The notes beneath the pieces are model-generated. The model did no database searches, had not been told where the DNA came from, and was given only the letters and a program-made list of their open reading frames with translations. 64,000 nt of DNA, taken from NCBI GenBank assembly GCA_964360635.1, contig CAYHXO010000008.1:2772-66771 (forward strand), in the 5' to 3' direction. Numbering within the stretch: position 1 is the first letter of the stretch; every line of letters starts with the position of its first letter. Source of the stretch: an uncultured Candidatus Peribacteria bacterium. Lineage in GTDB: Bacteria > Patescibacteriota > Gracilibacteria > UBA1369 > 2-02-FULL-48-14. Below are positions 9,166 through 18,678 of this stretch, in pieces. The position numbers and the translations under genes are program-made.

Positions 9166-10251
9166 ATGAAAAAGACAATCAAAATTGGTAAATATATTCT
9201 TGGACATGACCGGCCTGCTTTTATTGTCGCAGAGATTTCCTCAAATCATCAGCAAAATTTTACAGCCGCTGAAAACTTAATTAGAGCCGCAAAAAAAGCA
9301 GGGGCGGATGCTGTAAAAATGCAGACATTTACTCCGGATACGATTACTCTCGATTCAGACAAAAAATATTTTTGGGTGGATGGTGAAAATAATCCGGGCA
9401 TTTGGAAAGGCCAAACTTTTTACAATCTTTATAAAAAGGCATTTGCTCCATGGGAATGGCACGCACCTCTGCAAAAACTTTCTCAAGAACTGGGTCTTGA
9501 ATTTTTTTCATCACCGTTTGATATAACTGCCGTTGAATTTCTCAATCAACTGAATGTGCCATGTTTTAAAATTGCCGCATATGAAGCAACAGATATTATC
9601 CTCCTGCGTGCTGTTGCAAAAACAGGCAAGCCGATAATAATTTCAGTCGGATTTGCTAGCCTTGAAGAAATCGAATATTCAATAAAAATATTACGTGAAG
9701 AAGGTGCAAAAGATATTATTGTACTTCACTGCACGGCATCTTACAAAGACAAGGGATCTAATTCAACAACACATTTGCGAACCATGCTCGATATGGCTGA
9801 GCGTTTTGATGTGCTAACCGGGTTTTCCGACAACATGGGTGGTATGAAGATTCCAGCCCTGGCCGCCGCGATGGGTGCTGTAATCGTAGAGAAGCATTTA
9901 GTACTCAAGCATGACGAAGAAATCTTTGATGACCGCTTTTCACTGGATACGGAAGAATTTTCAGAAATGGTAGCTTTGATTCGTTCACAAGAAGAGGCGA
10001 TTGGGACTGTTGTATATGGACCACGTACTCCGGAAGAAGAGCATAACAAACGTTTTAGACGTTCATTATTTGCCTCAAAAAATATCAAATGTGGAGAAAA
10101 GTTTACAATGGATAATGTTCGCTCAATACGTCCGGCAGATGGACTGGAAACGAAATATATAGATGATGTTTTAGGTAAGTATGCCGCATCCGATATTGAA
10201 TTTGCTACACCACTTTCCTGGGAGCTATTGCGAGATCAAAGTGACATTTAA
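9166..10251 (+). CDS. pseI: Pseudaminic acid synthase (NeuB/PseI family)
   Basis: 361 aa. FIVAEISSNHQQNF, GADAVKMQTF and a C-terminal SAF-like domain (KCGEKFTMDNVRSIRP). The PseI rather than NeuB call rests on the presence of pseB and pseC. Confidence 0.75.
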   Translation: MKKTIKIGKYILGHDRPAFIVAEISSNHQQNFTAAENLIRAAKKAGADAVKMQTFTPDTITLDSDKKYFWVDGENNPGIWKGQTFYNLYKKAFAPWEWHAPLQKLSQELGLEFFSSPFDITAVEFLNQLNVPCFKIAAYEATDIILLRAVAKTGKPIIISVGFASLEEIEYSIKILREEGAKDIIVLHCTASYKDKGSNSTTHLRTMLDMAERFDVLTGFSDNMGGMKIPALAAAMGAVIVEKHLVLKHDEEIFDDRFSLDTEEFSEMVALIRSQEEAIGTVVYGPRTPEEEHNKRFRRSLFASKNIKCGEKFTMDNVRSIRPADGLETKYIDDVLGKYAASDIEFATPLSWELLRDQSDI

Positions 10252-10275
10252 ATTCTATTCTGTAAAATACGGATC

Positions 10276-11535
10276 ATGGAAACACTGCTCGAGGATGCCA
10301 AGTCAACCAATACACAATTTTCACTTAAAAGTTTGCCATTTGATTTTGGTTCCTATACAAGTCGTGCTGAAAATATACCTGAATCTTTACCTTTTTCACT
10401 TACGGTTGATCAAGATTCAGGGTTGATATGCCAAGTTCTGAGTGATGAATTGAGAGAGGCATTAAAACACTATTATCTTCTTGGTGGATATGGTTCAACC
10501 CCACTTGGAGAGGGTGAATATGGAATGGCTCAAGGAGAATATATGCTGAACGCGGTCCTTTATTTCTTGTCGATGAAACATAGAGATGTTTCCGATCTGA
10601 AATTTTTGGAAATTGGTGCGTCTTACGGATATCTTTTACACTCGCTGCATAAAATGGGTGCACGGGAAGTTTTGGGAGTTGAACCGGGTGAAGAAGGTAT
10701 CAACGGAAGCTCGCAATATTCCGTGCCAATGATTAGGGATTTTTTCCCGACCACAAAACTGAATAATAAAAAATTTGATGTAATTTTAAGTCACTGCATG
10801 CTCGAACATGTAGAAGATCCGCTTACTATGTTTTCCGAAATGTTTAAGGTGACAGAATTTGGTGGATATATATTTTTCGCGGTTCCGGATTGCGAACCAA
10901 AAATGTCTATTGCCGATCTTTCCATAATTTCTCATCAGCACATTAATTATTTCACAAAGGAATCGATAAGAAATTTACTGGAGGCAGCGGGTTTTACAGA
11001 TGTGGGAGTAATGACCTCCGCAAAAAGGGCTATTTTATTCGGATGGGGGACCCGACCACTAAAACCTGTAGAGACTTTTTCCACAAATCAAGGAAAAAAT
11101 CCATCAACATCAAACACACTTTTTTCTCAATTCTCAAAAAGCTGTATGGCAAATATTGCCGCGATACAAAAACTTGTCGATAAATTTGAGGCAGAGGGTA
11201 AAAGTATTGGCTTATATGCTCCTGATCCAAATGTGGCCGGTCTAATTAAGTACGCTAAACCACCTCGGATATTCAATAGGGACGTGATTAAACACGGAAA
11301 ATATGTTGTAAAATTTGCCGGTCCGTTTGAGTCACCTGAGGTATTAATTGAAAATCCTGTAGATGTCCTTTTTGTCGCCCCGGTTGACTATGATAGTGAG
11401 ATTAGAGAAGATTTGAAAATGAAAGGCATACCATCTTCAACATTGATAGTTTCATTGAAAGAAATATATGAGGAACAAAGTGGAATGAAATATCTTATTG
11501 ATAGCTTTTCCGGAAGTGATGAGTTTGTTTTATAA
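10276..11535 (+). CDS. Class I SAM methyltransferase with C-methyltransferase-type C-terminal domain (TylCIII-like NDP-sugar C-methyltransferase family)
   Basis: 419 aa. Motif I FLEIGASYGYLL and LEHVEDP. The C-terminal GKSIGLYAP...KHGKY...LFVAPVDY resembles the Methyltransf_14 domain. The N-terminal Zn-ribbon cysteines usual in this family are absent. Confidence 0.6.
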   Translation: METLLEDAKSTNTQFSLKSLPFDFGSYTSRAENIPESLPFSLTVDQDSGLICQVLSDELREALKHYYLLGGYGSTPLGEGEYGMAQGEYMLNAVLYFLSMKHRDVSDLKFLEIGASYGYLLHSLHKMGAREVLGVEPGEEGINGSSQYSVPMIRDFFPTTKLNNKKFDVILSHCMLEHVEDPLTMFSEMFKVTEFGGYIFFAVPDCEPKMSIADLSIISHQHINYFTKESIRNLLEAAGFTDVGVMTSAKRAILFGWGTRPLKPVETFSTNQGKNPSTSNTLFSQFSKSCMANIAAIQKLVDKFEAEGKSIGLYAPDPNVAGLIKYAKPPRIFNRDVIKHGKYVVKFAGPFESPEVLIENPVDVLFVAPVDYDSEIREDLKMKGIPSSTLIVSLKEIYEEQSGMKYLIDSFSGSDEFVL

Positions 11536-12474
11536 TCTTTTTTCTTCGTCAAAATATATTTGACTGATGTGTCTTAGCATTACAAGATTTTCTTTGAAAT
11601 CCGGCACTTCATATTTTTCACCTAAAATATCTTTAACCAGTATCTCTACTTCGTTAACTCCAGCTGCGATTGTAAGTGCTACTGTAGTTGAAAATCTTGG
11701 GTTAATTTCAAAAGTTTTCACAGTCTCACCGTCAAAAAATAACTGAACATTGGCTGGACCGTTAAAAGCAATTTTTGAAGCTATAGCCAGACAGGCATCA
11801 ATTACTTTTTTATTATTTCTAGTTACACCTATTTTTGTAATACCTTCTTTTAGAATTATCTCTTTTGGAACTACACAGAGTGCTTTATTCCCTCTATTTA
11901 TAACTAAAGAAACCGTATATTCAGTGCCGACAAGTTTTTCCTGAATCATAAGCTCTTCTTCTTGATACTGAGTTGTATCTATATAGTTTTTGAACTCGCT
12001 TTCATTATTTAAAATAGCAAAGCCTTTACTCCCTCGCCCTTCGCGAAGCTTTATAATACATGGATAAAAACTTTCATTTTTGAACTCTGCAATTGAGTAA
12101 GATTTTGGTGTGCCAAGACCAAGTTCGGAAAGTTTTTTTGATAAGACATGTTTGTCACGACAAAGTTTAATCGCTTCGATATTCGGGCATAATATTTTTG
12201 GCCACTCACCTTTGAAAATTTCAAATAATGGAAGGATTTCCTCATCAATCAGAGGAATAATAACGCTCACATTTTCTTCAAGAACTATTTTTTTCAATAC
12301 CTCCGCGTAATCAGAATTAAGACATGCAGGAACAATGAAACCTTTATCTGCCAAGTAGAGACCGGCTGAATTTTTATTCATGTCTACTGCAATAGTGCGG
12401 AATTTCCCCTTTAAACTTTTTATTATTTCTATTGTTCCGGCTCCACCGGCTCCGGTTAGCAGTATCGTTTTCAT
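11530..12474 (-). CDS. ATP-grasp ligase
   Basis: 314 aa. ILLTGAGGAG, KLREGRGSKGF, GTEYTV, EINPRFSTT. Confidence 0.65.
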   Translation of the reverse strand: MKTILLTGAGGAGTIEIIKSLKGKFRTIAVDMNKNSAGLYLADKGFIVPACLNSDYAEVLKKIVLEENVSVIIPLIDEEILPLFEIFKGEWPKILCPNIEAIKLCRDKHVLSKKLSELGLGTPKSYSIAEFKNESFYPCIIKLREGRGSKGFAILNNESEFKNYIDTTQYQEEELMIQEKLVGTEYTVSLVINRGNKALCVVPKEIILKEGITKIGVTRNNKKVIDACLAIASKIAFNGPANVQLFFDGETVKTFEINPRFSTTVALTIAAGVNEVEILVKDILGEKYEVPDFKENLVMLRHISQIYFDEEKRL

Positions 12475-14201
12475 TTTTTCAATTTAAGTAATATTTTTAA
12501 GACTTCAATACTTTCATATAAGTTCGAAGATGAGCTTTTATTTCCCGTGTTAATTTCCGTAAAAAAAGCATGCAGCTCATTCGTGTATGTTTCATTTACT
12601 TCTTGTTCATATTTTATCTCTTCAATACTGCCATCAATGTTTGAAATACGGATTTTTTTCTCAAAAAAATCCCAAAATAAACTGCCATTTGACCCGGTAA
12701 TCTCACAGGTTCTTTGATATGGCATTGTCAAAAAATCCAAGTGTAAATTTGCTATTATTCCATTCTTAAATTCTATTATCGCATCTAAATTATCTTCGGC
12801 ATCCATTTCGAGGTCCGAAATCTTTTTTGAATGTGATTTAACTTTTTTAACTTCACCGAACAACCAATATAAATAATCAACCTCATGGCTTACATCTAAA
12901 ACTACACCACCTCCAATTTTCTTACACACATACTCTTTCCTATAATCAGTACCCGGGTGTCTTACCGGTAAATAGGAAACAAATTTTGATCTTACAGAAA
13001 GAATCTTACCAAGTGCGCCGGTCTTTATTTTTTCTCTCATTATCAACATGCCTTTTTCAAATCGCATGTTGTATCCGATGTATACAACCTTATTAGATTT
13101 TTTCTGCAGCTTTATTAGTTTGTCAATTTTTTTCATAGAGTATGATACCGGTTTTTCTATGAACAAATGACAATCTGCGGCAAGGCTTTTCAATGCCAAT
13201 TCAATATGAGAATCTGTTCCCGTACAAATTAAAACAGCTTCGGAACTTTTTAAAGCGGCACTGAGATCAGACTCAGATGTAACTCCATATTTTTTTACAA
13301 TATAATTATTTCGTTCAGCATTTGACTCAAGAATTTTAATTTCGCCGGAATAAATTTCTTTTAAGTTTTTAATATGTCTTTCACCAATTGAACCTGTACC
13401 GATTATCAAAACACTTTTTGGCGAGTTAAATTTGACGATTCTTTTTGATTTCATACCCATAGATTGAAGCATCTCATGGTATGCCTTGTCTCTCGAATTA
13501 TGCTTCGCGTTAAGTGTTATTAATTCAGGATTTTTCTTCATAAGTTCCAATACATCTTGCATTTTGAAATCATTACCTAATGCTTTAAATATCTGCTCCA
13601 CAAAGTCAAAATCCTCTTGATAGTCTACAGTCCACCTTAAATGAGAAAGATCGGCACTGTGTTCAAGATTTGCAACTTTAAATTTGTCGGGATGTTCAAA
13701 GATATAAGAGTAAGCTAACTCTCTCCAAAAATCCTCCTGCACTTCTTTCCATACACTTTCCATTGTTGAAAACTTAATTATTTCTACATCAAGTCCGTCA
13801 GGCAGTGTTGGTTTAAGAGTGTTGCTAACGTAGTCATGCTCTTCGTTGTTATCAAAATAAAATTTCACGATCTTATCAATTTCAGCGGGTTCCACAAGCG
13901 GACAATCACCTGTAATTCTCACAATTGCACGTGCATCAAATTTTTTACCGGTTTGGTAAATTCTATCCATAAGATCATTTTCTGATCCCGCATAATACTC
14001 AATCCCATTTTTTTCGGCAAACTCTATAACTGATCTATTTTGCTCGTTGTTAACCGTTGTAATCACAAATTTATCCACCAAAGCAGACATCTTACATCTT
14101 TCAAAAAGTCTTAAAAGCATTGCTTTGCCATCAATATCTTTCAATATTTTCCCGGGAAGTCTTGTTGATCCTATTCTGACCTGAATTACACCAAGTATCA
14201 T
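12471..14201 (-). CDS. Fusion: SpsF/PseF-type cytidylyltransferase (N-terminal) plus Gfo/Idh/MocA oxidoreductase (C-terminal)
   Basis: 576 aa. N-terminal ILGVIQVRIGSTRLPGKILKDI, RITGDCPLVEP, HLRWTVDYQEDFDF. From about residue 260, VLIIGTGSIGERHIKNL and a full oxidoreductase-length domain. Confidence 0.65.
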   Translation of the reverse strand: MILGVIQVRIGSTRLPGKILKDIDGKAMLLRLFERCKMSALVDKFVITTVNNEQNRSVIEFAEKNGIEYYAGSENDLMDRIYQTGKKFDARAIVRITGDCPLVEPAEIDKIVKFYFDNNEEHDYVSNTLKPTLPDGLDVEIIKFSTMESVWKEVQEDFWRELAYSYIFEHPDKFKVANLEHSADLSHLRWTVDYQEDFDFVEQIFKALGNDFKMQDVLELMKKNPELITLNAKHNSRDKAYHEMLQSMGMKSKRIVKFNSPKSVLIIGTGSIGERHIKNLKEIYSGEIKILESNAERNNYIVKKYGVTSESDLSAALKSSEAVLICTGTDSHIELALKSLAADCHLFIEKPVSYSMKKIDKLIKLQKKSNKVVYIGYNMRFEKGMLIMREKIKTGALGKILSVRSKFVSYLPVRHPGTDYRKEYVCKKIGGGVVLDVSHEVDYLYWLFGEVKKVKSHSKKISDLEMDAEDNLDAIIEFKNGIIANLHLDFLTMPYQRTCEITGSNGSLFWDFFEKKIRISNIDGSIEEIKYEQEVNETYTNELHAFFTEINTGNKSSSSNLYESIEVLKILLKLKK

Positions 14202-14210
14202 TTGTAATAT

Positions 14211-14912
14211 TTATTGATGGGTAGATGATTTTTTTCCACTGGTGTCTAAATAAAAATTATTAAGAGATTTTTGTAATAGAGAACAAACACCTCTGTTGTC
14301 GGAATTTGTGTCTGCTTTGGACGTTTTGCTTGAAACTTCATATGTAAAACTTGATACAAGCCGATAAATACCGGTTTTTAAAAATATTTCCTTATAGTCT
14401 ATTTTGTATGTATAAACTTCATCATTCGATAGGTGGTGATACCAATTTTTTGAAGGAAAGTCAGGCATAAAATCCCCAATAATCAAATATCCTCCGTCCA
14501 GCACGGTTCTATCAACTTCATTAATCGATTTCAAAAGCAAATCCCTTGATGCCCAATGAAGCACATAGTTGACTATCGTTAGATCGAATTTCTCATCATC
14601 ATTTATTGGCAACTCAGATAATATACCTTCCCGAAATTCTAAATCGGGCCAAGTTTTTCTGCCGTCTTCTATGGCTTTTTTTGAGGGTTCAATCCCGAGG
14701 CAATAGGAATCATATCTGCTTTTTATTTCAGCAAGTCTATACCCGTTACTACAGCCAATTTCTAAAACTTTAGCCGGTTTCAGACCGTATTTTTCAATAA
14801 TAAATAATGGCCAATCTTTAGCTATTATACTACCGTCTTTCATCGGGTCCTTATTTCTTTCAAACCAATTATCGGCTTCCCCGGACGTAAATTTATTTTC
14901 TTGGTAATTCAT
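14211..14912 (-). CDS. Class I SAM methyltransferase (resembles the methylase that accompanies Pse clusters)
   Basis: 233 aa. Motif I VLEIGCSNGYRL and N-terminal FTSGEADNWFERNK. Confidence 0.6.
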   Translation of the reverse strand: MNYQENKFTSGEADNWFERNKDPMKDGSIIAKDWPLFIIEKYGLKPAKVLEIGCSNGYRLAEIKSRYDSYCLGIEPSKKAIEDGRKTWPDLEFREGILSELPINDDEKFDLTIVNYVLHWASRDLLLKSINEVDRTVLDGGYLIIGDFMPDFPSKNWYHHLSNDEVYTYKIDYKEIFLKTGIYRLVSSFTYEVSSKTSKADTNSDNRGVCSLLQKSLNNFYLDTSGKKSSTHQ

Positions 14913-14915
14913 TTT

Positions 14916-16211
14916 TTAAGCTTTTCTAAATACTGGAAGCAACATTGTGCCATTAATTGTCAGAGATCCTTTCTTTATCAATTTCATGATTTCATCATAT
15001 GCATTTAATGTTTTTAAAATATCATCCTCTGTAATTGAATACGACATATTGTGAGCGCTACCAAATAAGATTCCACGAATTGCGCACTGTTCCACGAAAA
15101 AAGTTTTTGCCAATAAATCCTCATTCCCATCCTCATCCTTAAAAATAAGAACATTTCGTGCTGGGTATCCTTTTATAAACAGGCTTTTTTCAAGTTGATG
15201 CTTTTTAATTAGACTGTTTACTCCATCCATGAGTTTCTGTCCTTTCACTTTTAAATTTTCGATAACATTATTTTTTTTCATAAAGTTAATCACTGCTTTT
15301 GTCGCGGCAAGTGAAAGTAGTTCGCCTCCAAAAGTAAATGAAAAGAAAATCTCTTCAAAGATTTTCATAAATTTTTTAGGTCCAACGACAGCGGAGATTG
15401 GGTATCCGTTTGCCATAGCTTTTCCAAAACACGCAAGATCCGGAATTACATTGAATTCCTTTTGTGCGCCGCCAAGATTCATTCGGAACCCAGTGATAAT
15501 TTCATCGAAGATTAAAAGAGCTGAGTGTTCATTCGCCAATTTTCTTACTCCCTCCAAAAATCCGGGCTGTGGATATTCCACGCCAATCGGTTCCATTATA
15601 ATTGCCGCAAATTTACCGGGATTTCCTTCAAGTAAACTCCTCAAACTCTCAAGATCGTTGTATTTAAAAGTTTTTGTAATTTCTTTTGTGGATTCAGGCA
15701 CGCCAAGGTTTCTAACAGTTGTTCCAATATACCAATCTTGCCATCCATGATAACCACAACATGCAACCATATCTTTTCCAGTGATAGCTCTAGCCGCTCT
15801 AACTGCACCCGCAGTTGCATCAGATCCGTTTTTTCCAAAACGAACCATTTCCGCACAGGGTATGAGTTCACAAAGCATTTCACTCACTTCCGCCTCAAGA
15901 CTATTTGGCAGTGAAAACAGGGAGCCTTTATCCATTTGTACTTTTACTTCATCATTTATTTCATCCATTGAATGACCGAGTACTATAGAACATAGACCAA
16001 ATGGCCAATCAATATATTCATTTCCATCTACATCCCAAGCATGACTCCCTTTCGCACGCTCAATAAATAGAGGTGACGCCCCAACAGAAAATTGGGTGTA
16101 ACATTTGCTGAAAGTTTGAGTTCCCAGTGGTATAACTTTCTTAGCTTTCTCCAACTGCTCTACTGATTTTTTGAAATTATGTATCATACTATTTTTGTTG
16201 AATATGTGCAT
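14916..16211 (-). CDS. Class-III aminotransferase (glutamate-1-semialdehyde aminomutase-like)
   Basis: 431 aa. GKNGSDATAGAVRAARAITGK, LLIFDEIITGFR and CFGKAMANGYPISAV (PLP lysine). Confidence 0.8.
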   Translation of the reverse strand: MHIFNKNSMIHNFKKSVEQLEKAKKVIPLGTQTFSKCYTQFSVGASPLFIERAKGSHAWDVDGNEYIDWPFGLCSIVLGHSMDEINDEVKVQMDKGSLFSLPNSLEAEVSEMLCELIPCAEMVRFGKNGSDATAGAVRAARAITGKDMVACCGYHGWQDWYIGTTVRNLGVPESTKEITKTFKYNDLESLRSLLEGNPGKFAAIIMEPIGVEYPQPGFLEGVRKLANEHSALLIFDEIITGFRMNLGGAQKEFNVIPDLACFGKAMANGYPISAVVGPKKFMKIFEEIFFSFTFGGELLSLAATKAVINFMKKNNVIENLKVKGQKLMDGVNSLIKKHQLEKSLFIKGYPARNVLIFKDEDGNEDLLAKTFFVEQCAIRGILFGSAHNMSYSITEDDILKTLNAYDEIMKLIKKGSLTINGTMLLPVFRKA

Positions 16212-16911
16212 TGATTTGAAACAATTCGGGTTCCTTCTTGAATAGATCTAATATGTCTTTTAACAGAAATTCTCGATTATTTGGCCAAAGTTTTTCATAA
16301 ATTTTTCGTATGAGAGTGTAATCCTCTTCCGTATCAAGTGTCCACCTATGTAGAGAATAGTCGTTAATGTTAGATATATTTACCGCAACATCTTTGGTTT
16401 TTTCTTTAATATATGGGGTTACATGTTCGCGTTCAACGGCTGTCTCTGCATTTTCAAAAGCATCTTTAAGCAATTGAAACGTAAACACTTCAGTATCAAA
16501 ACCTCGTGGGAAAGTTCTAAGGCCAACGTTTGAAGTGTAGGTTTGAGATTTTACGGCGGCTTCAATAATTCGGTCTGTAATTTCCGGATCAATTAATGGA
16601 CAATCTGAAGTTACTCTAATAATTAAGTCGGCATTTTCTCTTTCAGCCGCTTCAAAATATCTTGTAAGTACATCGTCTTCTGAGCCTCTATAAATTTTTA
16701 TTTTTTCATCATCAAGTGCTTTCACATACTCTTCTATTATATTATCTTGCTCATTTGTCGTTGTAGCAATGACTATTAAATCAATATTATTACATCTCTT
16801 GAGTCTATCGATAACATGCCAAATTACTGGTTTACCACAGAGGTCTTTCATGACTTTCCCTGAAAGTCTTGTAGAGCCCATTCTTGTTTGAACAATACAA
16901 ACTTTTTTCAT
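16189..16911 (-). CDS. SpsF/PseF-type cytidylyltransferase (stand-alone paralog)
   Basis: 240 aa. VCIVQTRMGSTRLSGKVMKDL, RVTSDCPLIDP, HRWTLDTEEDY. Clearly paralogous to the N-terminus of 12471..14201. Confidence 0.7.
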   Translation of the reverse strand: MKKVCIVQTRMGSTRLSGKVMKDLCGKPVIWHVIDRLKRCNNIDLIVIATTTNEQDNIIEEYVKALDDEKIKIYRGSEDDVLTRYFEAAERENADLIIRVTSDCPLIDPEITDRIIEAAVKSQTYTSNVGLRTFPRGFDTEVFTFQLLKDAFENAETAVEREHVTPYIKEKTKDVAVNISNINDYSLHRWTLDTEEDYTLIRKIYEKLWPNNREFLLKDILDLFKKEPELFQINAHIQQK

Positions 16912-18044
16912 AAATTTTGTAAAATTTCCATCAAAGAGGTCATTATATAATCTTGATCTTCCTCGCTCAAATCAGGATAAATAGGAAGGGAAATTTCTGA
17001 CTCGTAAAATTTCTCTGCACCTGGACAAAGACCTTTTTTATAACCAAGACTTGCGTAATAAGGATGTAAATAGACAGGAATATAATGAACCTGTAAATAT
17101 ATACTTCTCTCAGCCATTTTTTCAAAAATTTCCTTTTTTCGCCTCAGCAAATTTTCTTTCAAACGAATAGAATATAAATGCCAGGCAGGTTCGCTTACTT
17201 CTCTTATGTTTGGAATGTCAAAATATGAATTTCCTTCAAAAGCTTTAGAATATTTTTCTGCAATAAATCTTCTTTTTGAAATGAATTCATCTATGCGTTT
17301 TAGTTGGCTAATGCCTAGTGCACACTGAATATCAGTCAGTCTGAAGTTATGTCCTAAACTTTGCATTTCATGATACCAAGGCCCCTCACTTTCATTCATA
17401 AATTTATTCTGCTCTTTTGTCATTCCATGCTGTCTAAATTTCCTCATATATTTTGCCCAATCAGAGTCGTTTGTCAAAATTGCACCACCCTCACCGGTCG
17501 TTATTGATTTAACTGGGTGGAAACTAAAAACATTCATATCTGCAATTCCACCAATTTTTCTTCCATTATAACTACCGCCAAGCCCATGGCATGAATCGTC
17601 AAAAAAATGAATATTATGACGTCGAGCAAACTCAGAAATTTTATCAAAATCCACAGGGTGTCCAGCGTAATCCATACTAACAACTGCCAAGGTATTTTTA
17701 TTAACTAAACTATCATCTAAAATTATATGTCCATTCTCGTCACAGTCTAAAAAGACAGGCTTGAGACCTGCAAAAATAGCTGCATTGGCAGTCGCAGCAA
17801 ATGTCATGGCTGGGACGAGCACTTCAGTTCTTCCATCAGCGCATGCCATATACATTGCATGTAACGCAGTAGTTCCATTATTAAAAACAACGGCTTCTTT
17901 TACTCCACAATAATCAGCAAGAGCTTTTTCAAACTCCTCAACTTTAGGACCTTGAGTTAAAAAATTACTTTTTAGCACATCTTTCACTGCTTCAATATCC
18001 GATTCATCAATACTTTGTGCACCGTAATGAATTGGCTTGTGCAT
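16908..18044 (-). CDS. pseC: UDP-4-amino-4,6-dideoxy-N-acetyl-beta-L-altrosamine transaminase (PseC type, DegT family)
   Basis: The track ORF extends to 18083. I moved the start to MHKPIHYG. Motifs: IHYGAQSIDESDIEAVKDVLKSNFLTQGPKV and FSFHPVKSITTGEGGAILTND. Confidence 0.8.
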   Translation of the reverse strand: MHKPIHYGAQSIDESDIEAVKDVLKSNFLTQGPKVEEFEKALADYCGVKEAVVFNNGTTALHAMYMACADGRTEVLVPAMTFAATANAAIFAGLKPVFLDCDENGHIILDDSLVNKNTLAVVSMDYAGHPVDFDKISEFARRHNIHFFDDSCHGLGGSYNGRKIGGIADMNVFSFHPVKSITTGEGGAILTNDSDWAKYMRKFRQHGMTKEQNKFMNESEGPWYHEMQSLGHNFRLTDIQCALGISQLKRIDEFISKRRFIAEKYSKAFEGNSYFDIPNIREVSEPAWHLYSIRLKENLLRRKKEIFEKMAERSIYLQVHYIPVYLHPYYASLGYKKGLCPGAEKFYESEISLPIYPDLSEEDQDYIMTSLMEILQNL

Positions 18045-18054
18045 AGAAAATTTA

Positions 18055-18669
18055 TTATTTAACAAGAAACACATAATACCCACTAGTCTGCTTGGTCTTT
18101 GTTTTCTTCAAAAGTTTATCAAGCATTCGTGCGAAAGAATTTAATAGCCCAATTTTATTAAACACACTCAAATTCACCCAAGTTTCAAGTATTCCCCTCA
18201 CATTTTGAATCTCGATTGAACTAAAATCTTTACTCAAATGTCTTATGCAATCTTCGGTATATCTCCAGAAATCGCCGTAATATCCGGCTTGCGCATGATA
18301 ATGATATAAAAATGGTACATAGATAAAGCAATACCCATCTTTTCTTAATACACGATGCATTTCTTCAAAAGCTTTGAATGGATTCTCAATGTGTTCCAAA
18401 ACGGCAATGCAGACTATTGCATCTACCGATTCAGTTTCCATTGGAAGATTATGAATATCCCCAATGATATCAGGTGAATAATCAGGAACTGGGTCAAGAA
18501 CTTTATAGCTTACATCTTTGAGGTATTTTTTAAGCCATGCGCGTTTTGGATCGTATCTATTTCCGATTTTTTCTGAAATGCGCAAGCCACCACCAATATC
18601 AATAATCTCCTTTTTATTCTCAAAAATCTGCTTCATTTTATTGTCGAAGAAAATTTCCCATTCAGTCAT
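18055..18669 (-). CDS. Class I SAM methyltransferase (Methyltransf_11-like)
   Basis: 204 aa. IIDIGGGLR, VCIAVLEHIENP, YVPFLYHYHA. Confidence 0.7.
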   Translation of the reverse strand: MTEWEIFFDNKMKQIFENKKEIIDIGGGLRISEKIGNRYDPKRAWLKKYLKDVSYKVLDPVPDYSPDIIGDIHNLPMETESVDAIVCIAVLEHIENPFKAFEEMHRVLRKDGYCFIYVPFLYHYHAQAGYYGDFWRYTEDCIRHLSKDFSSIEIQNVRGILETWVNLSVFNKIGLLNSFARMLDKLLKKTKTKQTSGYYVFLVK

Positions 18670-18678
18670 AAAAGCTAT

